IMG/VR virus record: IMGVR_UViG_3300008266_000068
Coordinates: 1 to 57,973 of that record
Strand: one strand, 5' to 3'
DNA length: 57,973 bases
DNA from: a virus
Lineage: Duplodnaviria > Caudoviricetes
The notes beneath the pieces were generated by a model. That model was not told where the DNA came from. It was given only the letters and a program-made list of their open reading frames with translations, and made no database searches. The translations under genes and the position numbers were made by a program. Numbering within the stretch: position 1 is the stretch's first letter; each line of letters begins with the position of its first letter. Positions 38,737-50,100 of the stretch are shown one piece after another.

Positions 38737-40224
38737 TTAAGCTACCAATGTCTTGGCGCAGTTAATAAACCTTACCATTTTTTTCGGAGCATAAAGATTC
38801 GGGGTTCCAAATAAGAAACAGATAAACTGCCTGCTCATTGAAATAACCGCTAAATCCAATTTTGATATCGGCGCCAATTGTTTAAATGAAACAACTTCAT
38901 CATTCCATTGTGTTAAGAATGCTTGTTCCATATCCGGTAAGAAATATCCAAGATCACGAACTACGTTAGCTGCTGCACCATCAAAACCTGTAATTGCATC
39001 ACCTTTTGAAACTGCAAATAAAGGATAAAATTCTAATCCAGTTGGAGTTGCGGCGGCAGTAGGTTTAGTCCTGTAAATTCTGTAACCTAAAGTAGGATAA
39101 GTGCCAGCACCATCTGTAACTGCTACGTCTACTGCTTTACCAGTAATAACAACCATTGCTGTTGCATCGATAGTTAAAGCAGATTCACCAAATTTACCAA
39201 TAGCTGAAACAGCGTAAAAATAATTAAGTGATCCAGGGTTATCAACAGCAGTTACATATTTACTGTTAGCGTCAGTTTGTAAAATTGATACACCACCTGT
39301 AGGAGCAGCAGGAGCTTTAGTATCAGGAAGTGATGCAGAATTTTTAGAACCCGGTGCTTTGATAAATTTATCACCAGTTAAATTAACATCGCCTACTGAT
39401 GTAGAAATAGCTTTTAATACAGTTCCCATTGTACCACTTACACCACCGCGGCCATCCTGCAAAATCCTTTGCTGATTGTAATAATCCTGAGATAAAGCGG
39501 AATTTACTTTTGGTGGAGCGAATAAATCGGTAGCAGTACCATAATGATCATCAACTATAATAGCACCTTTTTCAACGTCAGTTTGTTTTAATGATTTACC
39601 ACGTAAATCAACAACAACATCGGATTCAAAGTATGCTTTCCTGTTTGGCCAGAAATACTGTAAATTACCACCGGAACCGATCGACATATGCTGTTTATAC
39701 AAACCATTAAATTGATCTGGTACAATACCTGAATCGGCAAATGCAAGGTTGCGGTTAGCTAACCTTAAAATCCATTTCATTTTATTTTCAACTTCCTGGG
39801 TCATGGCTTGTACAAATGATTTAACCATTTGCGCCTGCATTGTTACAGAACCTGTAACCTGCATGTACTTCACCAATTCCGCCCTACGGATATATGAAGA
39901 ATCTTCAACTTCAGAAAGTTCACCTTCTGAATAAAATCCTCCTCTTTCAGAACCGTAACTGTACAACTGAACAAATTCTTCAACGGTGTTGTAAGCAACC
40001 ATTTTCGGAATTGAATTGAACATTTTAATATCCTGGGTACGGTATTCCAGATTTTTTAATGTTCTTTCTAACGATTCGGGTTTTAAAGGCTCCATTGTCA
40101 GGGAAAGGTTGGTCGTTTCACGGCCAGTTGTACTTCCTGCCTGCATGGCTTTCAACAGTTCTTCACCAGAAACATCTCCGGCGAACCCCTGTGAAAAATC
40201 ATCAAGTGATAAGTGGTTAAACAT
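38737..40224 (-). CDS. Major capsid protein (Herelleviridae-like, HK97 fold)
   Basis: ELLKAMQAG leader, LKPESLERTLK, AYNTVEEF, F.SEGEL, QFNGL, QLAPISKLDLA. Follows protease, has distinct higher-GC codon use and a strong downstream terminator. Confidence 0.9.
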   Translation of the reverse strand: MFNHLSLDDFSQGFAGDVSGEELLKAMQAGSTTGRETTNLSLTMEPLKPESLERTLKNLEYRTQDIKMFNSIPKMVAYNTVEEFVQLYSYGSERGGFYSEGELSEVEDSSYIRRAELVKYMQVTGSVTMQAQMVKSFVQAMTQEVENKMKWILRLANRNLAFADSGIVPDQFNGLYKQHMSIGSGGNLQYFWPNRKAYFESDVVVDLRGKSLKQTDVEKGAIIVDDHYGTATDLFAPPKVNSALSQDYYNQQRILQDGRGGVSGTMGTVLKAISTSVGDVNLTGDKFIKAPGSKNSASLPDTKAPAAPTGGVSILQTDANSKYVTAVDNPGSLNYFYAVSAIGKFGESALTIDATAMVVITGKAVDVAVTDGAGTYPTLGYRIYRTKPTAAATPTGLEFYPLFAVSKGDAITGFDGAAANVVRDLGYFLPDMEQAFLTQWNDEVVSFKQLAPISKLDLAVISMSRQFICFLFGTPNLYAPKKMVRFINCAKTLVA

Positions 40225-40294
40225 GATTTTTGTAAATTTATACGATTATACGATTTGGAAAAGATACGATTGAACGATTAATTATTTTGAGATA

Positions 40295-42007
40295 CTATGA
40301 TACTATATTTAATCCCTTACCTGTAAGATATTTATATGTAGTTCTTTCATCCAGCGTTTTAGCTATTTCAATTTCCTGAACTGATTTTTGCAACATTTGA
40401 TCAGTACCATAATTTGGCATTTCTTCGATACGTTGCATTAATGCTTCTCTATCTTCAGATTTTGATAAGCTATATACTTCACCTTCTGCTTTATTATTGT
40501 TTCCTTCATCTTTTGATTTTTCAAAACGTGGTACTTCCCTTACATTTTGAAACGCTTTTCTACCACCTTGAAATGTAGCAATTTTTTGCAGTAAATTTGA
40601 ATTACTTTCAACTGAAGCATCAAATGATTTTTGAATTGAACTAACTTTTTCAGTTTGCTGTTCTGCAATATCTGCGATAGCGGTAAATCGTGAACTTAAA
40701 AAATCAGATTGCTTAATAAAAATTTGTTCCATTCTATCAATAACGCTTGATAAAGATTTTTCCAACACTTCTTCAATAAGCAAAATATTCATTTCTTTTG
40801 ACTTCCCTAATTCTGAAGTATCACCACCCATATTTTTTGAATTCATTTCAGCCAATACGCTTTGCCATGCGCCTTGACATTCACTTAAAGAAAAACCTTT
40901 ACGAATTGAATCTTCGTAAAATGAATTTTCAACTTCAGGTGTTACACCGGCTTCAATAAAAGTTTCACATGATTTTTTTAATTCATCTTTTCTTTCACCT
41001 TCCTTAATTTGTTTCTCAACTTCTTCTTCAGTAAGTGAAGCGTTATCACCTGTTGTATTTATTTTTTCTTTAACACCACCTTCGTCTTTACCTTTTTCAA
41101 AAATCTTATTTACGTTTTCATCATCTTTTAAAAGATCTTCTGCAGATTGTGATTTACGTAAAATATCAAAAGACTTCTGTAACGCTGTTTCAGAAACTGT
41201 AGTTTTGTTATTAGTATTTGACATATCAGGATGAATTTTATTATTAACGGCTAAAATGAAATTATAAATATCTTTTGCTTTTGACAAATTTATATCAAAA
41301 TTCTTAATTATTTCACAATATACTTGTGATTTTGTTAAAGTTTTTAATCTACCATCTGTTTCAACCGATTCTAATGTAGTAGGAGCAAGAGATGAAGTAG
41401 TCATATCTTTCTCTAAATATCCACATTTTATACATTTACCATTTTGTAATTGTTCATCTGTACAATTTGGACAATATGTTTCGGGAGCAATATATAGTTC
41501 ATTATATTGACCTTTTACTATATTAACAAATGTATTTGAATTTTTAGGACAGTGTGTAATTGCAACACCAGTTATTAATGCTTTACGAACACGCTTTGGA
41601 TTTAATGGGTCTCTGTCAGTTGCTATACCTTCAATTGACCAACCTAACTGTCGCGTTGATTTATTTTTCTTTAACGTAATTGCTTTATTATAAGTATCAA
41701 TAGCTTTTTTATCGCCTTTAAATAATTTACCTCTTATAAAAAACTCATTGTTTTCAGTTACTCTTGCAGTCATAGGTTCACCTATAATAGCATCGGGATC
41801 GTCTTTTGCACGGTGATTCCAATTAATAACGCCTGATTCCATAAGCGGAGAAAAATCAAAACCTGAGGGATCAAGATATTCACCATCAAAATCTCTTCCA
41901 TTATCAGAAGCTATTCCTTCGATAATCATTTCACCATTTGATTCTTCTGTTCCTTTTACTATTTCAATTGGAACGAAAAAATTAAATTTATTTTTTTGAT
42001 CTATCAT
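40295..42007 (-). CDS. Prohead protease fused to a scaffold-like domain
   Basis: IEGIASD...DFDGE, INWNH (His), LGWSIEG (Ser), VAITHCPKN; then CPNC/CIKC and a long acidic helical tail. Confidence 0.85.
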   Translation of the reverse strand: MIDQKNKFNFFVPIEIVKGTEESNGEMIIEGIASDNGRDFDGEYLDPSGFDFSPLMESGVINWNHRAKDDPDAIIGEPMTARVTENNEFFIRGKLFKGDKKAIDTYNKAITLKKNKSTRQLGWSIEGIATDRDPLNPKRVRKALITGVAITHCPKNSNTFVNIVKGQYNELYIAPETYCPNCTDEQLQNGKCIKCGYLEKDMTTSSLAPTTLESVETDGRLKTLTKSQVYCEIIKNFDINLSKAKDIYNFILAVNNKIHPDMSNTNNKTTVSETALQKSFDILRKSQSAEDLLKDDENVNKIFEKGKDEGGVKEKINTTGDNASLTEEEVEKQIKEGERKDELKKSCETFIEAGVTPEVENSFYEDSIRKGFSLSECQGAWQSVLAEMNSKNMGGDTSELGKSKEMNILLIEEVLEKSLSSVIDRMEQIFIKQSDFLSSRFTAIADIAEQQTEKVSSIQKSFDASVESNSNLLQKIATFQGGRKAFQNVREVPRFEKSKDEGNNNKAEGEVYSLSKSEDREALMQRIEEMPNYGTDQMLQKSVQEIEIAKTLDERTTYKYLTGKGLNIVS

Positions 42008-42021
42008 TTTTTAAAATTAAA

Positions 42022-42414
42022 CTATATTTTTATTAAATGAATTATTATACATAAAATAAAAACAATCACTGTTATTAGTAGTTCTAACAATCTACCTTTT
42101 TTAGTAAATATTTTTTGAAATAAATCATTTTCACTGTAAATATTTTTCGGTTGACGAGTAAGTAAAATAGTAAAATAATTATAAAAAATTCTACGTGAAA
42201 CAATTGCAGCTGGAATTAAAAAATACGCGTGAGTATCAATTAACATTAAAGAAAATGAGAAAATGAGAACTAATGTAAAAATAGTTGTTCTGTAAAATTC
42301 CTGTTTACAAAATAATTTATAATTAATAAGTTTTTCAGTTCTTAATTTTATTGTAGCTTGTTTTAATAAAGCTTCAACAATAAATAAAATTGAAATTAAA
42401 AATAAATACTTCAT
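42022..42414 (-). CDS. Membrane protein
   Basis: Several hydrophobic segments. Confidence 0.55.
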   Translation of the reverse strand: MKYLFLISILFIVEALLKQATIKLRTEKLINYKLFCKQEFYRTTIFTLVLIFSFSLMLIDTHAYFLIPAAIVSRRIFYNYFTILLTRQPKNIYSENDLFQKIFTKKGRLLELLITVIVFILCIIIHLIKI

Positions 42415-42812
42415 ATTTCTTTTTCTTTATTCGTTAAAATATCGATATTTACTTGACCTTTCTTTTGTATTGTACCCAGGATATAATAAAACAACCATTG
42501 ATTTGCTACACCTACAAGATATAATATCAAAACAGATAATGGGATCCATTTTGAAAATTGCATAATGTGTTCATTAGCAGACGCAGATATTGTTTTCATA
42601 AAATGAAATGAATATGCTATAATACAAGTAAAAATTATACTCATACAATAACTCGGCCATTCACGAGAAAAAAACTTCTTCAACACTATATTCCAATTTA
42701 TATCTTCAGGTGTTTTATCTACAATACTTTTCATTTTAGCAAATATGTGAGTTACAACACCAGATAATAAAATTATCCACATCGCGAAAAAAGAAAGAGG
42801 TATGATTATCAT
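42411..42812 (-). CDS. Membrane protein (possible holin-like)
   Basis: Three hydrophobic segments and a basic C-terminus. Confidence 0.55.
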   Translation of the reverse strand: MIIIPLSFFAMWIILLSGVVTHIFAKMKSIVDKTPEDINWNIVLKKFFSREWPSYCMSIIFTCIIAYSFHFMKTISASANEHIMQFSKWIPLSVLILYLVGVANQWLFYYILGTIQKKGQVNIDILTNKEKEI

Positions 42813-42865
42813 GATATTTACTTTTTAAAAATTAAAATTATTAATAAAATCTCAATTTATTATTT

Positions 42866-43354
42866 TTATTTTATCCCTACTTTTCCTTTTATTAATTTCA
42901 TAAAAGGTGTAACAACATATTTTACTATTTTTGCTTCAGGATTAATAGCTATAAGATTTTCACAAATTGAAATTAATTCTATTAATAAAATAAAAATAAA
43001 TGCGCCATCAATTATAACTCTATATTTACTGAAATTGTTTTTTCCTACTGATATATTCAGTAAAATAGTTCCAACCAATATAAATCCAGCATATTGCGTT
43101 AATTTACTGATAGTCTGTCTTAAACCCTGGCTTGTTGTATTATTTTTTTGCACCCAAGCTTTACATAAACCTGTTATTAAATCAATTATAACTGCTATCG
43201 ATAATAATAATATAAAATCAACAGAAGGTAAATACAATACTTCTAAAAATGTAAAACCTAATAACATAGCCAAAAATGGATATGATTTTAATAATAAAAA
43301 TTTTTGTATCATTAGGTTTGTTTTTAATTGACTTATTTTTAATAATTGATTCAT
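42866..43354 (-). CDS. Phage holin (holin_4-like)
   Basis: IIDLITGLCKAW...TSQGLRQTISK...IELISICENL family motifs. Confidence 0.75.
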   Translation of the reverse strand: MNQLLKISQLKTNLMIQKFLLLKSYPFLAMLLGFTFLEVLYLPSVDFILLLSIAVIIDLITGLCKAWVQKNNTTSQGLRQTISKLTQYAGFILVGTILLNISVGKNNFSKYRVIIDGAFIFILLIELISICENLIAINPEAKIVKYVVTPFMKLIKGKVGIK

Positions 43355-43422
43355 ATAAGTTAGTTTAAAATTAACTATAAAACTATTATGAATTAAAATA
43401 TAATTAAAGTTATTTTATATTT

Positions 43423-46400
43423 TTAAATAATTTCTGTTACGACAAATGTTGAACCGACAAGCACACTTGATGCTGTACCGAAACTTGCGTTTTGTGCAAA
43501 CTGTACTGTAAGTGTTCCTGCTGCGTTGACTGTTATAGTTCCTTTGATTGTAAGTGATGCTGCTGTTACTGCTGTTACTGCTGAAACGGCAGTACCAAGA
43601 GCTGTACCTCTGCCTCCAATTCCTAAACTTGGATAAGCAGGGAAAGATTCGTAAATAATATTAGTTGCTGTTGCAGTCCCTGCGATAGCAAACTGTACGC
43701 CGCCAGCTACATTTGAGGTGGTATATAATATAGCCTCAAACCGATAGGTCTTACCAGCAACCAATGTCGCAGTAAGCCCTGTAATATCATCAAGAGTTGT
43801 GTTTGATGTTTTATCAAATTGTGACGTTACTCTGCTTGATTGAGTTTGTAATCCAGATGTACCCCATGAATATCCGTTGTAAAACACAGGTGCTTTGATT
43901 GTACTATCATATACTTGAAGTCCTGTTGCTGGTGTTACAATCGCATCCCTCTGTGCTGTTGTCTGGCGTGGCATCAACACCCCTTTATCAGTAGATGTCA
44001 AATCAAGTATTGCAGAAGCATTGGCTGTTGCAACACCTATACTCACCCTGCCTGCCGCTGTTGGCGCACCTGATGATGCTGTTTGACCTCCATAAATATT
44101 TGTACCATAAATAAGGTTTCCTATATTCAACAAAGCTGAATCATTTGCAGTCTGTCCATCAACAAAATTGCCTATGATGATATTTTTATGGGCTGCTCTG
44201 TGAATATTGCCAGTACTTGTACCTATCATAACATTATAGTTTCCAATCGTGTCCCAATATTGGGCGTTTCGCCCCATAGCTATATTGTAAGCACCATATA
44301 AAGATTTTGTCTTTGCAAATGTGCCTACTGCAACATTGTAATTTCCTGTTAAATGTTCATACATAGCCTCTTTACCCATAACTGTATTACCTCCTGATGA
44401 AGTAGCTTTTCTAAAAGCAACAAAACCAACAATGGTATTGTCTGAATTTGCATTTCTTCCATTAGCATAACCACCTATGGCGACATTGCCACTATGTATA
44501 ACATTAGAAGCCAATGCTGAATCCCCTATGGCTGTGTTTCCCGTGCCTGTTGTTGTTGAACCTAATGCATCTGCGCCTAATGCTGTATTCCAAACACCTG
44601 TTGCTACATCTGCTGCTCTATATCCTAATGAAGTAATCCTGTTGTTGCTGTTAATAGTTCCACTCTTTTCATTATTTACTCTGAATACAAATGCTCTGTT
44701 ATCTGTTGTGCCTATAAAATTAATTGAAGAATCAGTGCTTACATTTCCAAGTGTGCTCCATCCACTACTTGAACTGATTGCACCCCAACCGCTTGACCTG
44801 TAGAAATTAAAAGTGCTATCAGTTGTGTTGTAAACCATCAAACCAATTGCAGGTGAAACAATAGCATCTCTTTCAGGAGTTGTTAATCGTGGTATCAACA
44901 AACCTCTGCTTGTTGTTTTCATTTCAAGCAATGCAGAACTGTTTGGTATTGAAGTGCCAATACCAACATTTGTGTTTTGTGATGAATCACCAAGTATTAC
45001 AGTATTTGATTGTGCAACTTTTGTGAGTGCTCCAATAGCAGTTGCGTTTTTTAGGTTTGTTGTTGTAGGTACGGTTGCCAATACGCCTGTATAATAACCA
45101 AGAAAATTCATTAAAGAATCTTTGTACCGTGTGTTATTAGCACCTGACCACGAACCTATAAAATTGCTGCCAAACGAAGCTCTATCTCTCCACCCTGCCG
45201 CTTGACCTATCCATGTGTTATGATTGGAATTTGCAACAACTGCAGTAGCAGTAGCACCAACTCCATCACCTGTTATTGTAACTGTAGGCACAGTCCATGA
45301 ACCATGTGTATAATTAGTTGCTGCTCTATCAACGTAACCTATACCTGGGAATGTAATAGTTGCACCTGTAATCACACCCAAACTAATAATAGGTGTTGCA
45401 GTAGCAACCGCTTCATAAAGTGCCGGCATATTTGGTTGTCCGTATGTTTTTGGTGGGTCAACTGTTATTGTAGCAGTAGTATATCCACTACCTCCATTTG
45501 TGATAATTATAGTGTCAATAATGCCTGCTGCAAATCCACCAGCAGATGTACCTAACGCCGTATTATAACTACCATTTCCAATAGTCCTCATCGCATCTTT
45601 TCCAATAGCCGTATTGTTAGTTACCTTTATCCCTCTTTCCATCGCACCTGCACCAACCGAAGTTACGCCCTGACCTGCTACTGTCATAAAGTTTGCCAAC
45701 GAGCCTACGGTAGTTACACGACCATAATCTGATGCACTACCATACTGCAGATTAATAGCAGCTAAATTACCTATAACAGTAGTTTGCCCAGGAGTAAGCC
45801 ATGCAGAATCGGGGTCTAACTTATTTCCTATATTGGTTCCAGCGTATCCGCCTATAGCTGTAAGGCTATATCCGCTTGCCGATAATGTAGGATTATCTAA
45901 ATCTTTCTTAACCATTGCCTGCCCAGCTTTATAGCCGATAGTAACAAGCGATTGCCCAGGAAAACCAAACTCTGTAGGAGCTAAAGGCGCTTGAGTTAGC
46001 CAGCTATGCGGCTGTCCAATATACCATGCACTATTATCCCATATTCTACCCTGTAAAGCGTGTACAGAATCTACAGTACCGATGAAATTTGTATTATTTG
46101 TTCCTGTGTTTCCTGTATTATACCAAAAATTTGTACCAGTAAATACTTTACGCCATGCAGTTCCATTATACGAACAAATCATTAACGAATCTGTATTCCA
46201 AATTAATAAACCTGATAAAGGTGAAACTATAGCATTCATTTGCGCTGTAGTCAATCGCGGTATTAATATTCCTTTTGTAGTTGACGTTACATCTAAAATA
46301 GAAGATGAATTTGGCGCTAAAAAACTACTACCTGTATTTCCTATTCTTAATTTTCCATTAATAAGAAATACACCATCTCTATCACCACCTGATTTAACAC

Positions 46401-46503
46401 CACCTACTTTAGTAGTATCATATGCTAAATTACCTACTGATTTCTGCGCAATAATTTTATTGCAAAAACTAAACAACAGTAATAATAAAAGAATTTTTTT
46501 CAT
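43423..46503 (-). CDS. Fibre/adhesin-like beta-helix protein with an N-terminal signal-peptide-like sequence
   Basis: MKKILLLLLLFSFCNKIIAQ leader. Three copies of S.ILD.TST.KG.L.PR.TT.QR.AIV.P..GL.VY. NTAIG/NTALG/NVAIG YadA-head-like repeats. Confidence 0.7.
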   Translation of the reverse strand: MKKILLLLLLFSFCNKIIAQKSVGNLAYDTTKVGGVKSGGDRDGVFLINGKLRIGNTGSSFLAPNSSSILDVTSTTKGILIPRLTTAQMNAIVSPLSGLLIWNTDSLMICSYNGTAWRKVFTGTNFWYNTGNTGTNNTNFIGTVDSVHALQGRIWDNSAWYIGQPHSWLTQAPLAPTEFGFPGQSLVTIGYKAGQAMVKKDLDNPTLSASGYSLTAIGGYAGTNIGNKLDPDSAWLTPGQTTVIGNLAAINLQYGSASDYGRVTTVGSLANFMTVAGQGVTSVGAGAMERGIKVTNNTAIGKDAMRTIGNGSYNTALGTSAGGFAAGIIDTIIITNGGSGYTTATITVDPPKTYGQPNMPALYEAVATATPIISLGVITGATITFPGIGYVDRAATNYTHGSWTVPTVTITGDGVGATATAVVANSNHNTWIGQAAGWRDRASFGSNFIGSWSGANNTRYKDSLMNFLGYYTGVLATVPTTTNLKNATAIGALTKVAQSNTVILGDSSQNTNVGIGTSIPNSSALLEMKTTSRGLLIPRLTTPERDAIVSPAIGLMVYNTTDSTFNFYRSSGWGAISSSSGWSTLGNVSTDSSINFIGTTDNRAFVFRVNNEKSGTINSNNRITSLGYRAADVATGVWNTALGADALGSTTTGTGNTAIGDSALASNVIHSGNVAIGGYANGRNANSDNTIVGFVAFRKATSSGGNTVMGKEAMYEHLTGNYNVAVGTFAKTKSLYGAYNIAMGRNAQYWDTIGNYNVMIGTSTGNIHRAAHKNIIIGNFVDGQTANDSALLNIGNLIYGTNIYGGQTASSGAPTAAGRVSIGVATANASAILDLTSTDKGVLMPRQTTAQRDAIVTPATGLQVYDSTIKAPVFYNGYSWGTSGLQTQSSRVTSQFDKTSNTTLDDITGLTATLVAGKTYRFEAILYTTSNVAGGVQFAIAGTATATNIIYESFPAYPSLGIGGRGTALGTAVSAVTAVTAASLTIKGTITVNAAGTLTVQFAQNASFGTASSVLVGSTFVVTEII

Positions 46504-46514
46504 ATTTTTTTTAT

Positions 46515-47099
46515 TTAAACATCCAATCCAAAAGCGTTAATAAAAATTAAATCTGTATTTGTGAGAGTTTGAACGCAAGGTTTTACAATGTTGCCGGGTA
46601 ATAAAGATAATGTGCCGGGAGTAATATCACTTAAATAATAAGTACTTGCTGCTACCAATCCTAATCCACCACTAAGTCCTGATAAATAACCGTTAACTAT
46701 TAATCTGAAACTATTTGCGTTTATTACTTCTGATACCATTCCAATCATTCTTGCATTTTGTGAAGTATCTGCTAAAGCTTTTTCAAATCCTGTTCCTGAA
46801 TCATATCTTAAAATATCACCTTTTACAAAACCATGAGCAGCTTTTGTAAATTGTATCAAACCTATAGTTTGTAATGCAGTAAAAATTGTACCCGATGTTA
46901 CTAAATTACTACTACCATTAGTAACTACAGAATCAAAATCACGATTTAATACTTCCCAAAGTGATGATACTGTATTCCAGAATTTTATCTTCTTAATTCC
47001 GATATTATCATCATACCATAATATCTTCTTATTTACAGGCGCAGTTGTTGAAATTATTATTGCAGCAATAGGACCTAAATTTTTAATGATTGGTGGCAT
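46515..47099 (-). CDS. Putative fibre/decoration protein
   Basis: AHGFVKGDILRY...KALADT...IGMV...YYLSD.TPGTL pattern seen in phage fibre/cement-like domains. Confidence 0.55.
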   Translation of the reverse strand: MPPIIKNLGPIAAIIISTTAPVNKKILWYDDNIGIKKIKFWNTVSSLWEVLNRDFDSVVTNGSSNLVTSGTIFTALQTIGLIQFTKAAHGFVKGDILRYDSGTGFEKALADTSQNARMIGMVSEVINANSFRLIVNGYLSGLSGGLGLVAASTYYLSDITPGTLSLLPGNIVKPCVQTLTNTDLIFINAFGLDV

Positions 47100-47144
47100 G
47101 TTAATATTATTAATTCAAAATTAATACTTTTTTGTTTTATAATT

Positions 47145-50100
47145 TTATTTTTCACCGGCTTCATATACCTTACCACTTTCAGGAACTTTAAACTTCGGAA
47201 TTATTATTCCAGTTTTAACATTATCGTAATCAGAAATTTGTAAATCTTTTATTTGTGGAACATTAACTGCAGTTACGCTTTTGTTTCTTTCTATTAAATC
47301 CAACAAAGGTAAAGTGTATTGTTTGTCGTTATATTTAAACGATATTTTAATATCTTTACTATTAGTAAACATATTTGAAACTGTAGTTAACGTATCTGAT
47401 ATAAATTTCTTTGTAGAAGATTCGTTTATAGAAGAAATAAACTGATTTACATTTCTTTCTCTATTTTCAAATGTATGTAATTTTTCGTGTTTTGTTTTTA
47501 ATTTTTCTAATCCTTTATTATAAACTTTATCTTTTGATTCTATTTTACTTAAAAAATCAATATCTGTTGGTAAAGTTTTCGTACCATATAATTCAGAAAA
47601 ACCATTTAAAGTATTTGCATGAAAAACTGATTCAATTACATCTGCATATTTTTCAGGTATATCAATTCTCTTTGCTGTACGTTTATCATAATATACTCCA
47701 TCTTTTTTAACAGAATAAATTAATTTATCTTTTAAACCAGCATATATTGTTGAATTTTTTAATTCATTTTTTCTATACTCAAAATCATCGTCTTCTTCAA
47801 TTTTTTTATGATACCTTTGAGTATATGGAACACCTTTGCTTGATACTTTTTTCACTGCTTCAACTGTTAACGCTTTTTCAAATTCGTTTAAAACATCGTA
47901 TTCATTATATTCAATACCGAAGAAGTCGTTTGCTTTATTCAATTCATCAGGTATATAATTAAAATACGTTGTTTCATTTCCTGCAGATTTTTTTAATTTG
48001 TTGTAAAAATACCAATCAGTAACTAAATTTAAAGATTTTTTAGCGCGTGTATAAGCCACATACCTGAGATTAGCTTCCTGTGTTGCCTGAAATTCATTTT
48101 TAGCACGTGTTCCATGTAACATATCATCTTCAACAATATAGACTCTATCAGCTTCTAATCCCTTCGCTTTATGAACTGACGATAACTGAATTCCACCTTT
48201 CTGTGATTCTGAAAATATTTTACTAATATTTGCAACCATTTCATTAGGTGTTTTTGAATCATCTCGTAATGCTTCATAACATTCTCTACGTTCTGTCAAA
48301 TTAATAACCGGATTTGATTCCAATGCTTGTTCATGCGTTAATCCACGTAATACCTGTTTGTTAATTATTTTACCAATTTCTAAATTAATTTTAAGATACA
48401 TATTTTTAAACCCTTCAGGTGAATCCATTAATTTTTTACCTACATATCTTTGAATTTCATTTATCATTGTTTCACCTATATCACGACCTTTTATTGTTGC
48501 TGCCTTTTTTTCACCAATAAATTTCATACATAAAGAAATCAAAGGCGCGTTATTTCTACACAACACCATATCGCCTGCTTTAATATCGTTTATAGATGAT
48601 TCTAAATTTACTTCACCATCTTCTGCTTTTTCCCAATAATCAATATCAACGCCTGTTGTTTGCCTAACGTAATTTATTATTGATTTACCACAACGATATG
48701 AAACTGAAAGTGGAAGACGTTTTGTATTTTCAGTATTAGCTATATTTTCAAATGATTCATGATCACTTCCCATAAAACCAAATATAGCCTGTCGTGGATC
48801 ACCTACAGCAACCATTCTACCACCAATCTTTGGATCGAACATTTTTCTAACTAATTTTAATTGCGCTTTATTTAAATCCTGACATTCGTCAACAAATACA
48901 AAATCATATTTTTGTACTCCAAATTTATCATACGCTGCAGGTAAATAAATCATGTCTTCATAATCTATCATTTCAGTTCTTGCATCCAACATTTTCATAC
49001 AAGTTCTTACATACTGTGCTTCATTTGAAATTAATTCAACACCTTGTCTACGTACTAATTCAGTTAATAAAGCTGGATCAGCGGTTAAATTTTGCTGCCC
49101 TGTTGAAACTAATTTATAAACATTAGCCATAAATTCGATCTTATCGCCATCTTCTAATTTCTGTTCAGTAGCAATTCGATTAACAAATTCATTAAGTACT
49201 AATTTTTTCTTATCTTTTTCAACCTTTATATATTTACCATAAACTTTCTTTATACAATTAAATCCAAATGCATGCAATGTTGAGCAATCAACTTCCTTAG
49301 GTAATCTTTCACTTAATTCAGTTTGAATAAGTTTTGAAAACGCTACAAAAGCTATTTTTTTATTTTTAGGAATAAACTCCATACTATTAACTATAGTAGT
49401 AGTTTTTCCAGTACCAGCTTTTGCATCTACCGCGCAATTACCTTCACCGCTTTGAATAAAATCAAAAATACCTTGTTGCTGTGGAGAAGGTGTTTGTTTA
49501 GGTTTTATTGAAATTTCACCTTCAATATTTAATGAACCATCTGAAGCAGTTGAAGGTGTATTAACATCAGCAGTTTCTTTTTCCAATTCTTTAACTTCTT
49601 CAATTTGTTTTTCTTCTTTACTTATAAGATGTTTGTAATCACTATGAACATGATGTTCATTGCCAACTATAGGTACCCACCCTGCTGCAGTTTTTACATT
49701 TTTCTTAGCCTTATCTAATGAACCAATTGGAAATGCTTTTTTACCTTTTTCAAATTCATCATCGATATTACCTTTTTCCATTACTTCACATATCGTATCT
49801 TTATTATCAATTAATGTTTGTATAAATAAATCGTCATTGTCATCGTTTCTATCCATATTATACATCACAAAACTTATAGCTTGTAGTGAACCGTTAAGTG
49901 ATATTTCTGGAGTAACTGTTATTAATTGTTTTGGTGAAATTATTTCATCAAATTTTTCTTCTATAATTCCAGTTAATCTTTCTTTTAAATCTAAAATAAA
50001 AAATTCGCTTGGTATTTCATTTAAATTATTAATACTTACTAACTGATAATCATGTTGTTCTTCATGATCTAATACAATATGATCTTCAATTACAAAATTT

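Noticed and set aside
43423-46503. Diversity-generating retroelement TR/VR pair among the fibre repeats
   Set aside because: No reverse transcriptase in the window; repeats differ at all base types and are conserved at protein level.
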